In this document: positions 1 through 15,800 of the stretch, piece by piece | How positions within the stretch are numbered: the stretch's first letter is position 1 | Layout: each line of letters opens with the position of its first letter | NCBI GenBank assembly: GCA_028534125.1 | Contig: CM052839.1 | Coordinates: 46,252,001-46,316,000, forward strand | Direction: 5' to 3' | Source: Lama glama | Lineage: Eukaryota | DNA: 64,000 bases | Translations under genes and position numbers: made by a program | Notes under the pieces: model-generated | What the model was told of the DNA's origin: nothing | Databases searched by the model: none | Seen by the model: the letters and a program-made list of their open reading frames with translations, nothing else

Positions 1-23
1 CAGTGTCTTTTTTTATTTGATAG

Positions 24-269
<246 letters not shown>

Positions 270-379
270 TAGTGGCTTTTTTTTTTTTTTAAATGACCTT
301 TATAAAGAAACCACATACCTGCATACAGTGTAGTGACAGCTGTATCACCGTCCAAATTTCGTACATTTTAAATTGAACT

Positions 380-820
380 GTGTTGGAGTCCCCAGGACCA
401 CCCCAGGTCCGATGTTCCAGGAGGACCACCCAGGGCTGGGCATGTGCTTGCCCTGCGGCAGGTTCATTACAGGAAAGTCCTCAGAGAGAGACACGAGGGG
501 TGAAGGTGGAGGGAACCAGGGTCGAGCTTCCAGACCCTCCTCTCAGTTGGGTCACCCAGGGCACCTGTAATTCCTGAGGGCTGAGTTGTGAAGGTGTGTG
601 AGGTGTTGTCCACCAGGGACAGTCATGGGGTCAGCACCCAGGATGTCGCCGGAGGTGGGTGGTGTGGACACTCTGCTGGCTTGTGCTGACCCAGACTCCT
701 GTCTGGGAGGAAGGCAGGTTTCAGCGTACGCACGTGGTTCATGCTGACAGTCCTTAGTTAGGGAGCCTTCCTGAAATCCAGGCTCACAGATGCTGGCCAG
801 TGGCCAGCCTGGCAGTCCGG
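380..820. mobile_element. MER21-like LTR relic
   Basis: ggagtccccaggaccaccccaggtccgatg...gggaaccagg...agcttcca resembles recalled MER21. Confidence 0.55.
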
Positions 821-980
821 CGAGGTGTGGAGCACTTTCAGGTGCAGGAGGCACTCGGGGGCATGGGGTGTGGCCGCACCTATGCCCGTGCCCTGGCGTC
901 TGGGGTGGAGGGGTGGGGGGGTGGGGGGCGGCGGGACCCAGGGGTGGCCGCTTTGTGAGTCAAATCACTCTGGCCTCTAG

Positions 981-1196
<216 letters not shown>

Positions 1197-1594
1197 TGAC
1201 TAGGTCCACTGTTGACATCTGATCTGCCCTCAGCTGTGGCTGCTCTTCTCAGTGAGGTGAAATTCCAGTTTGTCACTTACCATGAGGTTGTGATGCCTCC
1301 TGTGGGGTCAGGATGAGTGACTTCAGCCTTACGTCCTTGTAGACGGTGCAGATACTCTGATAATAGTGTAGAAGAGGTTTCGGGGCAATGGTAAGAGACA
1401 AAAATGTCCATTTACAACTTAATTTTTAACATTGTGTGAATAACACATGTTGATTGTAGGAAAATTAGAAAATAAAGAGAAGCAAGACAAATACTAAGTT
1501 GAAATTTCTCACATATTAGTGCCAGGAGAGAGCATTTGTGTTTTTTTCAGACTTCTCCTGCTGCAAGTGCTATGTGCACAGCCATAGGTTATTT

Positions 1595-1900
1595 TAGTAG
1601 TCACCTGCCGCTGCGGAGGATGCCACCCCAGACTTGAGCTGTTGACACAGCACACGCTTACCTGTCGTCTCCCAGTCCCTTGGGTCAGGAGCCTGGGTGT
1701 GGCTTTGCCGGGCCCTCTGCGTCGGGGTCTCCGAGGCTGCAGGCAGAGCTCCCGGGCCGCCCACCTGCAGCTCTCGAGGGTGTTGGCCCCTGGCCTCCAA
1801 GCTTGGCGGTCTGTTTCCTTGTGGGCCCACAACGTGCAGCTCATTCTGTGAAGCCGCAGGGGCGGGGTCTGTCGCAGAGTGCAGGTCACAGTAATGTGTG
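1595..1900. mobile_element. MLT1 (MaLR) LTR relic
   Basis: ccaccccagacttgagctgttgacacagcacacgcttac...tctcccagt...gggtcaggagcctggg...ccctctgc. Confidence 0.5.
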
Positions 1901-2014
1901 ACCTCAGCGCAGAAGTGATGTCCCACCACCGTCAAATTCCCTTGGTTAGCAGTCACCGTGGGCACGGTGGGGCGGTGGGGGCAGCGTCTGCCTGCCACTT
2001 ATACTGCGTTAACG

Positions 2015-2150
2015 CCTTGGATCCCACTTGACGAGGTATTAACTGTTTCATCCTCGTTTTACTGAGGAGGCAACAGGCGTGAAAGTATCCTCGCTTGCCC
2101 ACTTTCCCGTGCGTGGTGGATCCAGGTTTGAACCCAGGGCTTTGGCTCCC
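2015..2150 (-). mobile_element. MIR fragment
   Basis: catcctcgttttactgaggaggcaacagg...cttgccca...ccaggtttgaacccagg core. Confidence 0.55.
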
Positions 2151-2864
2151 GGCTTGTCCTCATGGTGCTCCTTGTGGCCCGGGGCCCCGGTGTCCTGCGG
2201 CTCTGGGGTTGCTTTCCCCTCAGCAGGCTCTTGGGAATGTCTTGCTGTGTCAGAGAGTGGACGCTCCCGGGAGTCTTGAGGGGAAAGGTGCTCCCTGATC
2301 TTGTTGTTTCTAGATCCTCTCTTCTGGATGGCGGTTTGCTTCTAGCAGTTATTCTCTGTGTCTTCGGCTCCTAGTGGGGTTGCCTGGGGAGAGGCAGTGC
2401 GTTCTTAAAGTTTTGTCCTCCCGAAGAAAGATCTTCTAAGTGTATCGCTTGGAGAGAAGTTAGTTGCTGAGAGTGGAAACGAGGCAGGCTTCCCGAGAAC
2501 CCAGTCCTCTCACGTGTGAGCGGGGTCTCCAGCTGTTCGGCGCACAGAGTGCTCACGGGGCCCACGCATGTTCTGTGGGCTCTGGGTGACGTGTACGTGC
2601 TTCCTTTTTCTGCTGGTTTTGCAAACGTGTTTCATGAGTGTGAGCACACGCCACGTGCAGACTGGACACTTCCTTGAGGTGGTGCAGTGGTGGCAGCTGC
2701 AGCCCCGAGCGCAGGTGTGTGAGTAGTTTGTGCAGCCTTGGGATTTGGCCTCTGCCTGTGGGCGTGGGCTGGTGGGAGCTGCTGAGTGTGGGGCCGGCAC
2801 TGAGTTGGCCCCTGAGGCTTGCATCGTGTGTGTCATGGTGTCCGTCCTCTTTCCCTCCTTGTAG

Positions 2865-2920
2865 TCCTACCTGGTGGTCAGCGACAAGGCCCGGGATGCC
2901 GCTGCCGTCCTCGTGTCCAG
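2865..2920 (+). CDS. TBCD: TBCD coding exon 6 (56 nt)
   Basis: ccttgtag|TCC...AG|gtgagt; SYLVVSDKARDAAAVLVS(R). Confidence 0.97.
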
Positions 2921-3525
2921 GTGAGTGCTCTCCGAGCGGGCCTGTCTTCTGTGTTAGCTGTGTGTCTTTGTTGTCAGAGAGGATGCTGGGATGCCTGGTC
3001 TGGGGAGGTCCTTGATGTCCTGAGTACCCCATTGCCCTCCATGGGGGACCAGCAGCACTGCTGGGGTGCAGAAAACCCCTGAACCTATGTGACTGCTGGC
3101 ACTGCTGGTCTGGGGCTCAGGGGAGTCACGTGAGGCTGGGTTGGGGGCTCACGGGCCCATCAAAGGAGCATAGGTTTAGAACAGCTGTGGCACTTTTGCC
3201 AGACCTTGCCTCTGGGGTGGTGGCAGGTGGAAGAGCCTTTGAAAGTCACTTAGAAAGCAGTCCACACTGCGATTTGTGGAGATCGCGGGCTGTGAGTGTG
3301 TCTTGTGACTTGGGCTGAAAATCCCCAGGCGTTCCACGTTACCTAGAGTGGCCGTGCCCCACAAAGGCCCAGATAGTCTTACTGATTAGCTGGGAAGAAG
3401 CCCTGGCGGCAGACCTGGCGTCTCCACAAAAGCGTCAAAAGACGCACATGACTGCATGGACTTGTTTCATGAAATGGGAGAGCACAAGAAAGCAGTTCTT
3501 CTGAATCTTTCGATGACGTGATTTA

Positions 3526-3737
3526 TTATTTCTTTTTTTAAATTTTTATTTTTTATTGATGTATAGTTGATTTACAATGTTTCAGGTGCACAGTGTGGTG
3601 ATCCTGTTATGCATATGTATATATATTTTTTCAGACTATTTTCTGTTACAGTTTATTACGAGATACTGAATGTAATTCCTTCTGCTACTAGTGGGTCCTT
3701 GTTTATCTGTTTTGTGTGTAGTAGTGTGTTTCTTGTG
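3526..3737 (-). mobile_element. 5'-truncated L1 3' end
   Basis: ttttattgatgtatagttgatttacaatg..., similar to the 47174 copy; 12-bp TSD tgaYgtgattta (3514-3525 and 3738-3749). Confidence 0.8.
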
Positions 3738-6700
3738 TGATGTGATTTAAAATCTGTGTGTAGTGTAGATGAATTAAAAAGTTTGGCTCCCCCCATTCGT
3801 GAAAGTTGGCTGTGAAGACCTTGGGATGTTCGGGCTGGGAAATGAGCAGCACTTGGCTCCGGGCCACCTTGTCAGCTGTGCAGCCACGACCTTCTTGTCC
3901 GAGGTGGGAAGGGAAGTGCCGGGTGTAGAGGGCAGCTGGGGGCCTCGGACGACACATTTGTGAAGCTGCTTTGCCCACCAAGGGCAGAACTGGTTGCGAG
4001 GAATGGTATTAGGAGCTGGAGAGGGGCCTGAGCCCGCCTGGATGCTCCACCTGGAGGAGAAGCCCGCCTGCAGAGGAGCGAAGTAGGTGGGCTTCCTGAC
4101 TGTGAAAGTCACCATGTGAGTTTTGGAAAATAGAAGGTACAAAAGAAAACATACTGTCCTCCCGTGAGATGTAACTGCCCTGTCCTTGGTCCCCCTGCCC
4201 GTGGGCGTGTCCGCCAGTGGCCCACGTCCTTCCATGGCATGTGGGGTGTCGGTGGATTTGTTCCGGTGCCGATGGGCTGACCCTGAGCTTCAGGCGGTCA
4301 GGCTTCTGAGCGTGGTTACGGTGTGACGTGTTCTTCCTCCCGCCCACTGCCGTGTGGACCTGTGTCAGTGAGATGAACATCACGAGCCCCCTGCGTGACC
4401 CTTGTGTGGCTCTGGTTGACTCCTCTTTCCCTCCCAGTTTCTTGAGACATGGTTGGCGCACAGCTCCATGTGCGCCCAGGGTGCGCGGCTTGGAGACGTC
4501 ACTCACAGGCCTTATGATGTGGTCGTCACAGCAAGCTCAGTGAGCGTCCATCATCTCAGGCAGACATGGAATTAAAGATGTGGGGAACGTCTTCCTCCTT
4601 GTGACAAGAGTCCAGGATTCACTCCCTTAACGACTTCGGTGCATTTTGTGCAGCAGCGTCAGTTCTGTTCCTCGAGTTGTGTGCACACCCCTGTACCTTT
4701 AACGGGAAATTTGTGCCTTTGTGGCCGCCTTCCCCATCTCCCCCCCTAACCCGCCTCTGGTGACCCCAAGTCTCATTTCTTTCTGTGTGGTTCGACTTCT
4801 GATTGGTTCTTAGGGACAAGTTCCTAGAATTGGAATGAGCGTTCTCAGCGCTTTAAATGCAGTTACTGGAAGGCTGCACTAGTGAGAGTCGCCCTTTCCC
4901 ACGTTTACCAACATTCAGGCGGTCTTACAAGTGTTCTCTAAGTTTCTTAAACGGAAAGTAACGTCTTTATCTTCTGTTTTCTTTTTATCGCTTATTATTG
5001 TTAGCTGCAGTGCTGAGGGCTTGGTCAGGCTCTCTGGGCTTGACTGGAGTCCCGCACCTGTGGGCGGTGGAAGCGAGCCCCTGACCCCTCTCCCTGCTGT
5101 GTCCTCCAGAGCCGGCCTGGCCTGTTCTGTCCGTGCTGGCGGGACGCACGCGCCACCTGCTGGTCAGACGAGCAAGGCTGAGCCTGAGTCCAGTGCTGCG
5201 GCCGGCGTGCCCAGCTCCGGGAGCCCGTGTCCTCAGTTTTGGAATGGGTGGGGGCTGAGGGGCAGGCCCCTCTACCTGTCTGTCTCTTGCAGTCGGGCCC
5301 TGCGAAGGCCTTGCCTACGGGGTGCCTGCTTCTGGTGCCGCACGCTTCCCGCTGCTAGCTGTGAATGCTCCTTTACGACGTGTCGTCTGGAACTGTGCCT
5401 GTCCCTTTTCTTCAGTGGAACCTCTGAACATTGCTGCATTTTCTGTTCTTTGATGTTATGTTGATGCCAAGACACTTAGCTAGGGTGTTACTGTACAGAA
5501 ACTCTCCAAGGGAAAATAAGCCTGTACTCCTACTGGTTGCATTAATTTTAAAAAGCAGACCTTTTTATCTATTTGTGAAGTCAAGGTGTGTTCCATGTAG
5601 AAAAGCTGGAAATTTTCTAACGTAGAGAATTAGGAAAACCCTGCGCATTTGTGATTAGCCACACAACGCGAGAGTTGTGGTCTTTTTTCCCGTCCTGTCA
5701 CTACTGAGCTTGCGCAGCAGGGTCTCAGTCAGCAGCCTGCTTTTCCGCTGAGTTTCACGTTGCCGTTGATTAAGTGGCTCCTGATTTCCGGTGTCTGAGT
5801 TACTCTGGTCGCTTCCTCACGTTGGCCCTCTTACGGTGCAGCTTTGGGCGTACACCTGTTTTGGTCTTTGGGATTGTTTGTCTTAGGCCCAGGGAGGTGG
5901 GCTCCCTGAGTCGCGGGACACGAGGTTGTTGGGGAGCCTGTGTGCCAGTTGCCAGGTGACTCTTGGGGGCGGGTTCTCGGGCTCTGCTGCGTGGGCGGCC
6001 TCGCGGACAGCCTGCTGCCCCAGTGGGATCGCGTGTCGTTTTGCTATGGCTGGTAGTTGGTGTGCTTTTCTCTGGTGGCTGGAGAGTCTTCACATGTCAG
6101 TGCCACTCCAGGCACTGTGTGTCCCGCTGCGCGACCTGACTGTGCCATCCACGGGCTCGTGGTGCCTTTTCTCCTCGAGGGTGAGCTTTCTCCGATGAAG
6201 GGCATCAGGTGCGGTGGGGACGATGGTTCCGCCCCCTGGTTAGTGGCCTTTTACTTTATCCTTTGGAGTAAAGTTTTAACTTAACTATAAAAATACTGTT
6301 TTGTTCTTTTGTTTAGTTAAGTTTATCCTGTTAGGAAACTTGAGAAGTAATCTTTTATATTTTCTACCTTTTTGTTGTTTAACAGAATTATTAATCCACT
6401 TGGGCCTTTTTTGGTGTAAGGTGTAGAGTGGACGTTCCCCCTTACGGGTAACTGTAGTCTATCCCTGCTTTGTGGATATCTCACTTTTCCATTATTTATT
6501 TTAAAAACACACACAGGAAGTTCGTACGCCTGGTAGGTTTTGCCACGGCCCCTGTGCTATTTCAGTCTCAGGCCAGGTGCCGTGTGGTGACAGTGCCGAC
6601 AAGGCTCGGAGCAGCCACCGGTCCCTCCGGCGTCATGCCCTCTGTCCATCTGGGAGTCTGGTCCTGTCGTTAAGGTTTTGTGGATCGTTCTGGCTGTGCT

Positions 6701-7700
6701 TCCCTCCCTGGGACAAGGACGGTGGTTCTCTGAAACACCGCATGTGTTAGCCGAGCTCCACGTTTAAAGTCGATGTAAAGTCTGCAGTGTGGTGTTTCCC
6801 ACAAGAGGGGGCAGCATTGGGCCTATGGGAGGTGTCGCTTCTGTGAGTCTGTGTGTTACATCTGTGGGGTAGTTTCCTTTTTTGCTTGTCTGTGCTTTTG
6901 GACCTCTGCTGTGAACGTGATATTCCCTTTTTTTTAATGAGAAAAATAAAATGTAAAATAACCAACTTGCTTAAGTCTTTCAAAGGAGCCTTAGGTTTTT
7001 ACTGTACTTTGGAAACTCAGCTCGTGTGACTGTGTCCAGGAGAGGAGGTCGGCCTGGCTGCTTGGGGAGGTGCAGCGCAGAGGCAGGGGTGCGCCCCCAG
7101 TGTCTGAGTCCCAGCCGGACTGCCCCCAGCCCTGTGGGCCGCCTCTGGGCTGGGTCGGAGGTCAGGCTGGGGATGAGGCTGCTGTGGGCGTGGCCCTCAT
7201 CCCACAGGGCCTCCCGGAGCCGGGGATTTAAACGGGGTCAGGGAAGCTGCCTCGGGTCTGTCCCCGTTTCTCCCCTCTTGGTATCACTGGAGGCGCAGGT
7301 TCTGCACGAGGTCCTGGGCCTCTTCCCGTGCCCCGAAGCACAGCTTCCTGGGGAGGGCATGTGAGTTTGCCTTTGTAACCAGCGCCCCAAAGTGGGAAAT
7401 CCCTGGTGGCAGCGTCTCCAGGTGTGTGCGTGGGCTGGGGGGACCGTGTGTGCTCGGGTGAGGGGGACCACGTGCCAGCCCTGGTTTCCCCACCTGCAGG
7501 CCTCCTCTCAGCTGGGTGGGGGTGTGGACAGCACCATCCTGAAGGAAGAGGGCCGAGTGCCGGTGGGGGGCTTCCAGTCCATCTGCAGGGGCGGAGAATG
7601 GTGTGGCCCACCCTGCTGTGCTCTGTGGGGGCAGCTGGGGAGGAGAGGTCCTCACCGGTCAGGATGCTGTCCCTGTGCCTCCTGCCCTCCCCTTGCTTAG

Positions 7701-8708
<1,008 letters not shown>

Positions 8709-9339
8709 TGATTTGAACTTTGGTTTTGATCAGATGCTCGGGGTGTTTGTAACCCCTGATCTGAGCGCAGACCCTACCCCTGCCCGAGGGCGCTGGGTGG
8801 TGCCGCCTGCTCTGCTTGTGTGGAGTTTAAGTTCTGCGGGAAGGGGGGGCCCCTATGCAGCCCTGGGGTCAGCCCCCTCCCTCCGGCCCTGTCCCCCTGC
8901 TCTGTCGTTGCTGTGGGTGAGACCCTGCTTGTCGCTGGAGCTGGGGAGCCCAGGGCCCACTTGGAGGAGAGCAGGGGTTTCGGGCTGTGTTTAAACAGGG
9001 GCTTCTGGGCTGTGACTCGGGGTGATGTCGTCTTCCTGGGTGTCGCCTCCTCTGCTCTCCTTGGCGGGTGTCAGAGGCGTGAGGGCGTGGGGACAGTGGG
9101 GCCCCGGGTGTCGGAGGAGCAGAGAGGACCCCCCGCACTGCTTTGCACCTAGAATGTCCTCAGACTCACAGTGCCATTGCCCCTTCATTGTCACTTACGT
9201 GATGAGACTCTCGGAATGCTTTAAAGGCACCTGGGAGATGCACCGTTTCCTGAGTGCCTGTGGTCTGCTGAGGTAATCCGTGTTTTCACGTGTCCTTCCG
9301 TGCTGTGAGTAGACGTGGTGTGTCATACAGGGGCTTTAA

Positions 9340-9800
9340 AAGAGATGGAGGTGTGATGCACATTGTAATTCTCCCTTTAAAGTATATAAGCTCCGTGATT
9401 GTTTTGTATGTGCACAGGGTTGTGCGGCCATCCCCACTAATTCCCAGGCATTCTCCTCACTCCTGAAGGGAAGCCCACACGCAGTAGCGGGCCCTCCCCA
9501 TCCCTCCCCTGCCACCCCCAGCCCCTGGAGCCCTAGACTTGCTTACTCTGGATGTTTCATCTGAGTGGAGTCATGTGATGGGACCTTCCTTCAGCGTGGT
9601 GTTGTCCCGCTGCCTCCACGCAGTGGCCTGTGTCTGTGCCCTGTCCTTCCTCTGGTCGGTGCTCTGTTGTGTGGGTGTCTTGCTTTTTCTGAACAACGCT
9701 GATCTGAGCCTTTGTGTGTAAGGTTTTGTTTGAGCGTGTATTTTCAGTTTCCTTGCCGCAGTAGTAGCAATAGTTTTTTTTAAATTACTGAGGAAGTTTA
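9340..9800 (-). mobile_element. Old L1 (L1MB/MC-like) 3' fragment
   Basis: cctttaaagtata...cacagggttgtgcggccatcccc...ctggatgtttcat...ggagtcat; bounds approximate. Confidence 0.6.
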
Positions 9801-12800
9801 ACACTGATTTGAACACTTCTGGCGTTTGAGGTCTGTGGGCCTTTTCCTGGCTGCACACCTTTCACACTGACGGACACAGGTTTCGGCTTGTGTTGGCACG
9901 ACCTCTGCCTGTGGGCACTCTCTGCGCTGCCTGTGTGGGCGGCGCTTCAGGAGGACATGCCTGCTGTGAGGGGCTCCTTGTGGGTGAGGCTGGCAGGAGG
10001 TGCTGAGTGTGGAGCTGGTCACCAGGCCGTCACTGCGGGTCTTAGCAGGGGGCCGTTTATGTTGCAGGTGATCCTGGTAAGGGATGGGTGGATGGGCTGA
10101 GACGGTTTATTTGAACGGTTGAGTGTGAGTGGATGCCTAGTGTTTGCATGAGTCGCTTGCCAAGTCCCAGGTCAGGGAGAAGCCAGGGCTTGAGGATCGC
10201 GGCCGAGCCTGTAGGTCCCCTTCCCTGCAGGGAAGCCCCGCCCTAAATCGCTGTCGCGGCAGTGGTCTGGCTCTGGGCCTCCTCGTCCTGCTCAGGAATC
10301 TGCGTCCTGGATGGGCACCTGGGTCTCCTGCAGCCCCTGGCCTGGCAGCCACCCCTCCAGAGGCCATCGCTGCGTTTGACTGGGGCCGCTGAGCCGCAGG
10401 TGCCTGCCTCCACCCTGGGGTGGTGACCACCACTGCGCTCTCAGGCCACCAGCCAGAGCACCCATGGCCACCTCGTCCTGGCTCAAGTGCTGGCGCACCC
10501 AGTGCGGTCTCAGCTTGAGAAGGTCCTGGGGCTGCTTTCTGTCCAGTTCTGCCCCGGCCGGGCCCATGGACCTTTTTTTTTTAAAAACAAAAAACCAAGA
10601 AACAGCTTTGGTCCTCTTGCTGCTGGTCGCCGGCTTGTGCAAGGCCTGCCAGCCACTCCGCCGGCAGGAGCCAGGGCTGTCACTAGGGCGCCTCCACGCC
10701 CCACGCTCGAGGAGAGAGTGTCTCTCTTTTCCTCCTGAGGAGCAGAAGGGTTTTCCCAAAGGCTTAGTGAAGCCAGGCCCTGCACCCCTGTGCGCTTGTC
10801 ACCCAGAGGAGGGGCCCCGTGGGGCTGGGGCACGCTGGCCGCCACGCCCAGAGCTGCCCAGGGAGATGGACTCTAGGCAGGAGTATCACCGATGCTGCTG
10901 CTGAGACCCCTGCCGGTGAGGCCAGCCCGGCCCTGCCTCCTGAGCCCGTGGGAGCCTGGTGTCTGCTGGGAAGACCCGGGGTCCTTCTGGGATCCTTCCC
11001 TTCTCCTGAGAGGGAGAAATTTGGTGTAACTGCTGCCGCCGCCGCCGAGCGGGCGTGGTCTTGCCAGGAGCTCCTCAGACCTGAACGGCGGGCCAGGCGT
11101 CCGCCCTGCGTGATGAAACCTGCCCGCGCTGTGTGTGCTCCAGGGTTTCCTTCCTCCTTTGATGCACTTGGCTTCGTTTTATCCACCTGTTCATTAGTGT
11201 GGGCTAGGCGAAACAGGTGGACTCGTAACAAGCACCATCGAAACTGGGGCTCGGTTTTCGCTTCCCTGGAAGCGTGCTTCTCTCGCAGCGATGGCTTCTA
11301 CCTCTCGTGGGAGGGAGGCACGTGTTTGGCAACTCCTTTCACTGGAGGCCCCTTCACTGTGACTCTCGAGACACCCTTTGGTTTAGTCCCTTTTTCGTAA
11401 GCATTAGGAGTAATGCTAATTTAGGAGATTCAAGGAAGGGAAACAGAATCAAAAGTTGAGGCTGGTCGTCATTTGAGCTTGCTGCTCTCTGCTCCAGCTC
11501 CTCAGTCGGTGCCCCGTGGTGGCTGGGGGTGGGCGCGGGCGGGTGGTGCCGGCCGCTGGGGTTGCATCTCCCTCCGCAGCGAGGGTCCTGCCCATCTCGT
11601 CAGGGGGGAACAGTGCAGACACATTGACAGACAGCGGAAGGGAGACCGCCGGGCCCACGGTCACCCAGCCTGAGCCACGTGTGGGGATGGAGGAGCCTCC
11701 TGCCCAGGTGGGGGGGCTGTTGAGCAGGCCCCATGCACGCCAGACTTGTGACTCTGCCCCGGGGGGTGATGGCCCTTTGGGCCCCCCTGAGCCTGGGCCC
11801 TCGTCCTGGCAGTGCCCATGATCCCAGGCACGTGGCGCCCTCCCTGCGCAGTCTGTCGAAGGGAAGTAGCAGGTCTCTGACCTCGGAGGGCGTGTGATGT
11901 GACACGAGGCCGTCTTTGACGAGGAGGGCGCTTGCTCGTCATCCAGGTCATTCCCGGGTGGCTTTGATTCCTGTTCTCTCCGGGCTCTTTGTGGTTTCGT
12001 TAAGGTGGTTTGGCCAGAGGACACATTATCCAAATTGGGCTTTTCAGTGGCAGCGCTTGCCTGGGGCAGGCCGTGGGTGGAAGGAGCACAGAGGCAGCAC
12101 TTGAACGTGTGCGTTTTCGGGGGGGGGGTGCCTCGTTCACGGTCTCCTGTATGGTTCAGGTGAAAGGCGCCTTCAGTTCCCCCGTGGGCTGGGGTAGCCG
12201 TGGAGCGGCCAGCTCACGCTGTCTCACGTGACTCAGCGTTTTCTGGGCAGCAGGCACAGAGTCTTGTTGGAACACGCACGGTGTGTGGCTCGCCTCCGTC
12301 CGCTGGCGGCCTGGTCTGTACACCTGCTGTGTGGAGAGGTGACGTGTCCTCCTGGACAGGTGTGCGCTCGCAGGTAGCCCAGCCCAGGCCCACGCTTGCG
12401 GGGGAAGGGGCCTAGTGGGTCACAGGCGCCTTTGCCTTGGAGGAGAGACAGAGCCGTGCTCCTGGCCAGTGTCCCTACACCGCAGCGTCCTGGCCCCCAC
12501 CCCCCGCTGGGCACCCTCCCTACGTGCAGGGGTCCCTCGGGCTCTCTGTGCCCGATTCCCCGTGACCTCCGTTCCTGCTTCCTGTCCACGGTCCCAGGGC
12601 CCTGGGTCTGGGCACCTGTTGTGCTTGCTCCAGGCTCTGCAGGTCGTGGCTGCCACCCCGAGCCCCCGGCCTGCCTGGCGAGACCCAGCAGCAGAAGAGG
12701 GTGCCCGGCGGCGCTGCCTGGGCTCTCGCTGGTCAAGTCAACTCGTAGGGTGGTGGCTCCAGGCATCTCCCAGGCCCAGCTGTCCTTTCTGGATTTGGTG

Positions 12801-15800
12801 CTCGCTGGGTCAGGCGGGCTGCCCCTGGTGGCCTGTCCGGGGTCCTCGCCTAGAGCATGCTCAGCCATCTGCTCTCTCTGCCCTCCCTCTGCTTGGGCCC
12901 CGCCTGGTCTGTGGCTGGTCCACTTGACGGCAGTGGTGCCACCTCTCTGTCCCTCAGCTGCAGCCATGCTGTCTCCACCACCTTTGGAGAACTAGGGGCA
13001 GCGCCGGAGGGTAGGTAGCGCCGGCCCCAGGAGAGGGGTGGGCACCGAGCTCGGCCGCCTCTTCTCTGTGGTTCCCACCCGTCAGTGCCTTGCCGTGGGT
13101 GTTCTGGATCCCGCACTCCTTTGCACTGCGTGGGCTGCCGGCCCGGTCCTTGGCAGCCTCAGCTCTATGCTGTCTGGTCCTGGATGAGGCCCGCCGGCTC
13201 CTCCGCCCTTCCCTCTGTGTCTCCTCCTGTCTCACCTCCACATGAGCCCCTGCTCCACACGTGCAGGAGAATCTTGGAGGCAGACCGACACCAGCCACCA
13301 TCGGGCCTCCAAGTGCTTGTCAGGACCGCTTAATTCAGGGGCAGTAACTCTTCAGAAAAAGATGGCTTCTCAGTCTACTTGCCTAACGTAGGCACAGAGG
13401 GTGCAAGAGGCAGGGTTCCTGCCACGAGGGCTGAGCGAGGATCAGGTGGACCTAAGCCCTGCGCAGTCCCCAGGGCAGAGCTGACTGGTGGGGGCGGCTG
13501 TGACCCACAGGGGAACGTCTGAGTGGAGCGGTGGGGCGTGGGGAGGGGTGCTCTAAACGGGAGCGTCTTGGTGCGGTTTGCTGTTTGGGTGTGGATTCCT
13601 CTGTGGGCTGTTCAGGCCACTGGAAGGAGCTGGGTGAATGCTCAGGTGGTAGGGTAGGTACGTCGTGAGCAGGTTGGTCTGAAGACAGGAAGTCCCGCCT
13701 GTCTGGTGTCCCCTGGGCTCTTCCCTGTGCACCTCCTTCCTCCTCCTCATCTCACAGCTGGGGTGGGGAACAGGAGGGGGAGCAGGGCGGCCCGCCCCTC
13801 CCGTGGAGCTGTGTGCGAGTGGGTCGCACTGTGAGATTAGACATGTGACAAGGCAGTAACACTTCATGTGACTGTTGAGCACTTAAACGTTTCTTTGTGA
13901 AGTTAATTTTTAGTTACATATTTGTATACTTAAAATTTTTCGTAATTTACTTGACATACACTTACTTTATCAGGATTGTATTTTTTCATTCTGGGTCCTT
14001 ATTGATTATAATCAGCTGCTTATCCTGGCCATCCAAAACTCAACTTCAGCATCAAATTTCTCCGCATGGGAAATTGTTTTGTTTTCCCCTTAATGTATGC
14101 AGCCCTGAGGAACTAAACCGGGCGCACACTTGAGACAAGAGAAGAGTGGGGCTGTGTGACGGGGGCCACGATGCTCGTGCTCACCGGCTGGCGGGGGACT
14201 CTGGGCACCTGGTGCAGGCCCCCTTTCTCCCAGGGCCTGGGGTGGGGCTGCTGGTCTTGGCCTTGATTCGGTGGTGCCTCCAGGGGACCTCAGACCAGCA
14301 TCTCCTGCTGGGCAGCCTGTGATTCACCAGAGAACGTGCCCCGGGGAGGGAGGCTGGTGCGGTGGCAGGAGAGCAGGCCTGGGCGGGGAAGGCGTGGTGC
14401 TTCAGAGTGATTATGGGGAAACTGGAGCAACAGGAACAGACCCGGTGGCCTCTCTTCTCAACTGTGCATGCTGTTTGTCGGCGTCTCTGCAGCGTGGCTG
14501 CCAGTGTGACGTGTGTGTGCTTCCAGCCAACTCCTGTTTGATGCCCCCATGGAAAGGGGTGCACCCTGCTTGGGTGCTGGCTGAGGACCCTCCCAGCTAT
14601 CAGAGGCCAGGGCGTTTCCTCCCGTTGCTGAGGGTCGCTGACCTCTGTGCCCGCCAGGTTGGACCACGTGCGCTGGGGAGGGCAGTTTTTTAAGGTGGCC
14701 CCGTTCTATGTAAAAAGTCAGACCAACAAACAAAAACAAAGCCCTTGCCTTCAGTGTTTTTTGTTCTTTTTCATGCTTTTTGCCCTTCAGAGTCTGTGCA
14801 CGGGAGAGTCTCCCTTCGTGTGTGCAGAGAGCCCCCTGGGAAATCCTGGGGGATTTAAGGCCCGGAAAAGTGTTGGGATAAAAAACTTGCCTTGAACTCA
14901 TGAAAAATGGAGTGTGGGTCCCCCTTGGTCCAGACACGCTGACTGCCTGGCCTCGGGGCTGGTCCCCTGCGTGGGCTGGGATTCAGGGCCTGTCACCCGC
15001 CGCCCGTGTCTGGTGGGGCCATGTCAGTGTTGTCCTGGGAAGTCCTCCCCATCCTGTTCTTTTCTCCTACTTAGACTTTGGAAGGAATTTGGCAAATGAC
15101 GGGTGTTACTACTGAGAGCATTTTTGACATTTTCTCTGGCTTTAGGTTCTTATTTGTTAGTGAATGAGACCAGGCGCCGCCTCTCCCTTTCCGTGCTGTT
15201 GACCCCATGGCCTCCCCCGGCCGGCCACCTGCCCTGCTCCAGGTCTCTCCTCAGCTTCCCGGACGTTGACAGTGTCCTCCTCTGACTGTCCCCCTCATTG
15301 TGTCCTCCACATGCTGCTGTGTGCTGTCCGTCCCAGGAGGACGGGGTGCCTGGGCACCGAAGCACCCTGCCTGCAGGCGGAGAGTTCAGTCCCTCACATG
15401 TTTCCTGAGAAGGGGGTTGTTGTCTGTTGTGTGACCGCCCAGCCCGAAGCCCGTGGCTTCCGCAGCCGCCGCTGCTTGTGCGTGTGGAGGCCAGGTGTGG
15501 GGGCTTGTCTCTGCCCCTGCTGCCCAGGGCTCGCCTGGGCAGCCTGTGCTGCAGGCGACCGGAAGGGCTCTGCTCGCTGGCGCCAGTGCACGTGGGTGCC
15601 GGCTTCCGGGGGGAGTGTCGAGCAGGGGGGCCTGGGCTTGGAAGTCACAGCGTTGCTCCCGTCTGGCTCCTTTGGTGGAAGCAGCCGGACACCCGTGTCC
15701 CCGGGGAGGGAAGCCTCAGCCCCAGAGACCCCAGCTCTGGATGGCAGGGGTCAGAGGGGGCCACACAGGGTGACCATGTCACTCCTGTCCAGCCTGCGTG